64,000 bases of DNA, from positions 89,962,001-90,026,000 of the forward strand of contig OZ024740.1 of assembly GCA_964016885.1 (NCBI GenBank), in the 5' to 3' direction. This DNA comes from Eledone cirrhosa. Its lineage: Eukaryota. A program made the position numbers and the translations under genes. Each line of letters begins with the position of its first letter. Within the stretch, counting starts at the first letter, position 1. The notes beneath the pieces were generated by a model. It made no database searches. It saw nothing but the letters and a program-made list of their open reading frames with translations, and had not been told where the DNA came from. This document shows positions 58,955 to 64,000 of this stretch, piece by piece.

Positions 58955-59016
<62 letters not shown>

Positions 59017-59815
59017 GCACAAACTGTCTTCATGATAATAAAGGTGGATGCTGTAAATATTTTTAAAATAAAACAAAATTATGATATATTGTCACATCGT
59101 ACATATGCCTTTCCCTCGTGTGAGTTGAAACCAAATTAAGGAAGAAAACAAGCAAGAAGAAAGTAACATATATTGTCACAAAATGTAAGCCATTGCATTA
59201 AATGGGGTAGGGGAGAAGAGATAAACATGTTCGTCACATGGATACATAAACTTAACGCAATTGACAGAGAGGAAAAGACAACGAACGGAAAGAATAAAAA
59301 ACGAAAAACAAATTTATAGGAGGAAACATTTAAAAAAAATATTTTTACAGATAAAATACAAACGCAGGACACAGATCTCCATTGTCATCGGTCTTCGAGA
59401 TGGTGTTTGGTAATTTCAACCTCTCCCAACAGTAGTAAGATTTGCTTTTTATTTTAATTTTATTCTAAAGTTTAATAGCAAATAAAACCTTTCTGAAATC
59501 ACACCGACGCCAAAACTATATTTAATAGGTAAATCATCGCCTAACATAACATCAAATTTTTCTATGAATCCGGATTGATGTTTAAAGTTATGCCTTTTCA
59601 AAGATGCCAATTCAAATATCAGTTAAATTCTCAACTGACACTTAATTATCACTGTACAACATAATTTGGTAAAAAGACCCACCCAGAAAAATATAGTTTT
59701 CTAATGTGTGAAGTGCAATCTTCTTATAGACATTTTAAAATGTGCTTAATTTTGAATTCGTCATATGTTATGCCACACATGTTTTATTTTTCTCTGCCAC
59801 TCTTACTCCGCAGAG

Positions 59816-59816
<1 letters not shown>

Positions 59817-59897
<81 letters not shown>

Positions 59898-59925
59898 TCT
59901 CTCTCTCTCTATCTCTCTCTTTCTA

Positions 59926-59958
<33 letters not shown>

Positions 59959-59980
59959 CCTCTCTCTACCTCTCTCTCTC
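59817..59980. repeat. (TC)n microsatellite
   Basis: Direct reading. Confidence 0.98.
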
Positions 59981-60599
59981 GAATACACCTTCGAAACATA
60001 AAATGAGAGTGTTAAAGGTAAATGCCTAGATAATTATTTATAGCTATAATTTTCTTTCTCAATAATAGAGATTGGGCAAGTTGAAAAATGACGTCCTTTG
60101 GAGATCTTCCCTTTTATTTAATGAGAAAATCATTGATCATTATGAACATATCAACCAACGTAATGACAGATGGCTTTATAGATAACGTAAAGACATTCCA
60201 ACGCTCGTACACACAAGGTTCCCGCCACTGTAATAGTTCTGAGTACCATGTGCAGGGAGTGAGATCTTGCTTCTTGAATTCCTTCATCGAGGATAAGATG
60301 TCAAATCAGCTGAACATAATGAGTTAGTGGGGCACGTTTTCTGGAACTGGGAAGAAATAATGAGCAAACGAAAACCGTACAGACTGTTAGCTTCTCTCCC
60401 TTCTTTCGCCGAAAAGAAAGAAGTGACATAGTCACTACTTTAAAACCGATAGCGTATGGTATTCAACATTTTTTTTATTAAACTTACGGTATATTGCCAA
60501 ATATACTATACATATATACTACACACACACACACACACACGCACACGCACACACACATACACACACACACATACACACACATACACACACACATACACA

Positions 60600-60646
<47 letters not shown>

Positions 60647-60674
60647 ACACACACACACACACATATGTATATAT

Positions 60675-61532
60675 CAAGAAGGACCCGGGTAAATATCACA
60701 ATCATATCTCATTTTGTTTGACCCGTTTTAGCTTCTTCGCTTTTTTGGCTATGGTGGTTAATGGCTTCTTAACCATCCTCTCAGCGTGTATGACCTTTTT
60801 AACTTATGTTTATAGCTCTGGTATCTTCTTCAGTTCCATGGAGCGCTTGCCAGCACAATATGGAAGTTGCCTTTTGCTAATTTCTACCCGCCGAAATGCG
60901 ATTCACGCTAAATTATATTTGTATTAATCTCCCAAGTCAAGCGATTAACCAGTTAATTTTATTTGGCTTTTTAGATATTATATTGACTGATTGATCGCTT
61001 AAGTTTATTTTAAAACGACTCGGTAGAGAGCTTAATTCGTTTTGTGCGGTTTTTGCAAATGTTTGCAATAACTACACATGCTGAATTCACTGGCCAAAAT
61101 AGGGGTTTTCTCCCCTTAGATTCTCGCATGTGCTTTCATAACCTGCAAGAGTCTGCCGACAGAAGAATAAAAATCCGTTGAGAAAGCGATGCCCTGTACG
61201 GTCTCTATACCAAAAGCTTATTTTTATAAGCAGACAGTATTATTGATTTAGGCGTTGCAGAAACCCACTTTCGGAGTATTCCATCTTCCAAGAAGAGTCC
61301 GGTAAATATCACAATCATATCTCATTTTGTTTGACCCGTTTTAGCTTGTTCGCTTTTTTGGCTATGGTGGTTAGTGGCTTCTTAACCATCGTCTCAGCGT
61401 GTATGACCTATTTAACCTATGTTTATAGCTCTGGTATCTTCTTCAGTTCCATGGAGCGCTTGTCAGCACAATATGGAAGTTGCGTTTCGCTAATTTCTAC
61501 CCGCCGAAATGCGATTCTCGCTAAATTATATT

Positions 61533-61537
<5 letters not shown>
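60675..61537. repeat. ~250-bp direct repeat, period 613 bp, flanked by microsatellites (partial-tandem, pLTR-like)
   Basis: 60675-60925 resembles 61289-61537 (duplicate ORFs in the track). Confidence 0.9.
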
Positions 61538-61587
<50 letters not shown>

Positions 61588-61829
61588 ATAAATTAACGGA
61601 GCCATAGGCCATCGCCATTCTCTGTATATAATGTGCTCAAAGGAGAAGAAATCCTGAACTCTTTAAAATACAATATGTTGAAATGGTAACACACCAGAGA
61701 GAGATATACAGTGCGCTATCAATAAAGCAGGGAAAAAACCACCAGTGTATGGAATCTATAACCTATGAAAGGCAGACGATAATTAAAAATATAAATTAAA
61801 GCGTATATAAATACCTCTATAACTATATA

Positions 61830-61911
61830 AGAGACGTAAAAATCCAAAGAGAACTGTTTCGACAGTAATTTGTTGACAGAAATGGAATAACCCGGGTTCC
61901 TCAGCGTGTGT
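61830..61911 (-). ncRNA. Hammerhead ribozyme, array unit 1
   Basis: ACACACG-CTGAGGA..C-GAAA-CAGTT..ATTTT-TA-CGTCTCT; stems partly decayed. Confidence 0.6.
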
Positions 61912-62364
61912 AAGGCTATACATTTCAGACAACACTAAGATAATTTTAAAAGTGACTGTCCAGCTATACATGGGAGAGAGAAGTGACAGCGTGTTTAAGG
62001 GCAGTGAACCAGTGGCCGCTGAGGGACGAGCTGCTAGAAAGGGCAGCCCAAAACCACTCAGAGAAGTGTGCTCAACCAAATAGAGAGATAGGGAAGACTG
62101 TTATAAGGAGCGAAATATCACGCTAAATTAACGGAGGCATATGCCCTCGTCGTTCCCTGTAAATAATGTGCTCAAAGGAGAATAAATCCTGAGCTCTTTA
62201 AAATCCAATATGTTGAAAAGGTAACACACCAGAGATAGATATACAGTGCGCTATCAATAAAACAGGGCAAAAACCACCAGTATATGGAATCTATAACCTA
62301 TGAACGGCAGACGATAATTAAAGATATAAATTAAAGCGTAAATAAATACCTCTATAACTATATA

Positions 62365-62446
62365 ACACACGTACAAATCCAAAGAGATCTGATTCGACAG
62401 GAATTTGTTGACAGAAATGGAATAACCCGGGTTCCTCAGCGTGTGT
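62365..62446 (-). ncRNA. Hammerhead ribozyme, array unit 2
   Basis: ACACACG-CTGAGGA..C-GAAT-CAGAT ctctttgg ATTTG-TA-CGTGTGT; perfect stem I, GAAA mutated to GAAT. Confidence 0.65.
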
Positions 62447-62907
62447 AAGGCTATACCTTTCAGACAACACTAAGAGAATTTTAAAATTGACTGTCCAGCT
62501 ACACGTGGGACAGAGAAGTCACAGCGTGTTTAAGGGCAGTGAACCAGTGGCCTCTGAGGGACGAGCTGCTAGAAAGGGCAGCCCAAACCACTCAGAGAAG
62601 TGTGCTCAACCAAATAGAGAGATAGGGAAGACTGTTATAAGGAGCGAAATATCACGCTAAATTAACGGAGCCATAGGCCTTCGTCATTCCCTGTAAATAA
62701 TGTGCTCAAAGGAGAATAAATCCTGAGCTCTTTAAAATACAATATGTTTAAAAGGTAACACACCAGAGATAGATATACAGTGCGCTATCAATAAAACAGG
62801 GAAAAAACCACCAGTGTATGTAATCTATAACCTATGAAAGGCAGACTATAGACACGATTATTAAAAATATAAAGTAAAACCTAAATAAATACGTCTATAA
62901 CTATATA

Positions 62908-62989
62908 ACACACGTACACATCCAAATAGATCTTTTTCTCCAGTGATGTGTTGATAGAAATGGAATAACCACGGTTCCTCAGCGTGTGT
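62908..62989 (-). ncRNA. Hammerhead ribozyme, array unit 3
   Basis: ACACACG-CTGAGGA-aCCGTGGT..ATCACTGGa-GAAA-AAGAT..ATGTG-TA-CGTGTGT. Confidence 0.6.
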
Positions 62990-63180
62990 AAGGCTATAGA
63001 TTTCAGACAACACTAAGAGAATTTTAAAAGTGACTGTCCAACTACACGTGGGAGAGAGAAGTCACAACGTGTTTAAGGGCAGTGAACCAGTGGCCTCCGA
63101 GGGACGAGCTGCTAGAAAGGGCAGCCCAAAACCACTCAGATAATTGTGCTCAACCAAATAGAGAGATAGGAAAGACTGTT

Positions 63181-64000
63181 AGGTCTGGACCTAACCAGAC
63201 ACCGAGCAATTTCACCGGTCCTTTCGTCCAGCGTCCAACAACTATGTCGGAAGGTATGGGTTTTCCTCTCCATGTGCCGAGTTGCAAACCGACAGACTTG
63301 TTTGGGTTTAGTATTGCTCCTGTCAAAGTTTCGTATTCCTGTAAATTGTTGCCGATTACCCTGATTTCCGAGGTTTTCGACACCATTACGGTTATGTCGT
63401 CGGCATAGGTTGACGCTGCTTTCCGCAGTCCAAATTCGATCGGGATGCCCTGCAACAGCTCCAATTTCCGCAGTAACAGCTTGAGATTCAGTACAGAATG
63501 GAGGAGAGAGGGCATTCCTGGCGGATAGAACGCATGATTTGGAATGGCTCTGAAAGGTAGCCATTCACCTTGACTGCCGGGTAGATGCTGGTGTGCATGG
63601 CAGTGATCCAGCTTCTGAAGACGGGACTGAAGCCGGCCGCATTGAGAACTGCTTCCAAATATTGATGGTCGACCCTATCAAATGCCTTAGACTGATCTAA
63701 ATTGATCAGTGCCCCACCAAAGCCAGGTTTACACGCCCTCTATTATCACAAGCTGCTACATAGTCCCAACGTGCGTCTAAGATGCCATTCCATTCCCCCG
63801 CTAACACTAAGGAGCGAGACGTTCCCAGGAATGGCTCCAAATGCTTCAAGAACTCTGGTCGAGAGTTCCCAGTCGGGGCATATAGGGCCACCAGTCTGAA
63901 AGCTCCACCTTCACTACCATTCACGTCCATGACCACCAGGCTGACCTCCGGGTCCAGGAGAATCGTCTGTATTTTGAGATCGAAGTTTTTTTCGAAACAG
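63181..64000 (-). mobile_element. Tx1/L1-clade LINE ORF2 fragment with internal deletion (APE joined to RT)
   Basis: APE: LDPEVSLVVMDV..FRLVALYAP..VLAGEWN.ILD. RT: GALINLDQSKAFDRVDH..IRQECPLSP..YADDITV..LNPNKS..KLLGVWLGP. Confidence 0.92.

Larger units (their letters stand above)
56320..58960 (-). mobile_element. Young Neptune-like PLE, 5'-truncated, capped by ~385-bp inverted pLTR copy, (TA)n at both ends
   Basis: Uninterrupted ORF 57528-58574; 56395-56781 is the near-identical reverse complement of 58574-58960; an HHR lies in both arms. Confidence 0.95.
61581..63181 (-). mobile_element. Tandem array of three ~535-bp HHR-containing non-coding units (retrozyme-like / multimeric pLTR)
   Basis: Units start tatcacg at 61581, 62116 and 62650; one HHR per unit; the left end is in (TA)n. 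Confidence 0.85.

Noticed and set aside
56395-58960. Long inverted termini as DNA-transposon TIRs
   Set aside because: The interior encodes PLE RT/GIY-YIG and the arms carry an HHR; this is an inverted pLTR.
60088-60360. Coding-looking unique segment
   Set aside because: No recognisable homology and no consistent splice sites with an open frame.
61581-63181. Regular repeats as a CRISPR array
   Set aside because: Long full-unit duplications without unique spacers, no cas genes, and a eukaryotic context.

Overview
AT-rich, microsatellite-saturated animal genomic DNA. The SINE families and repeat landscape suggest an octopus/cephalopod; this is an inference. No complete host gene is visible, only one weak candidate exon. 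The window is a mosaic of decayed retroelements: at least seven Penelope-like element (PLE) coding fragments from about three clades, RTE-, Tx1/L1- and CRE-type LINE fragments, two tRNA-derived SINE families and a mariner fold-back derivative. The main structure not explained by the ORF track is a dense set of type I hammerhead ribozyme (HHR) motifs, mostly in non-coding modules docked in (TA)n tracts. These include a U3-A8 compensatory-core HHR and a 3 x ~535-bp retrozyme-like tandem array with one HHR per unit, a second ribozyme-like motif on the opposite strand, and a direct fusion to a Tx1 fragment. There are also many fold-back structures, the largest a ~1.8-kb near-spacerless palindrome. 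All folds and alignments were done by eye, and boundaries of decayed elements are approximate.
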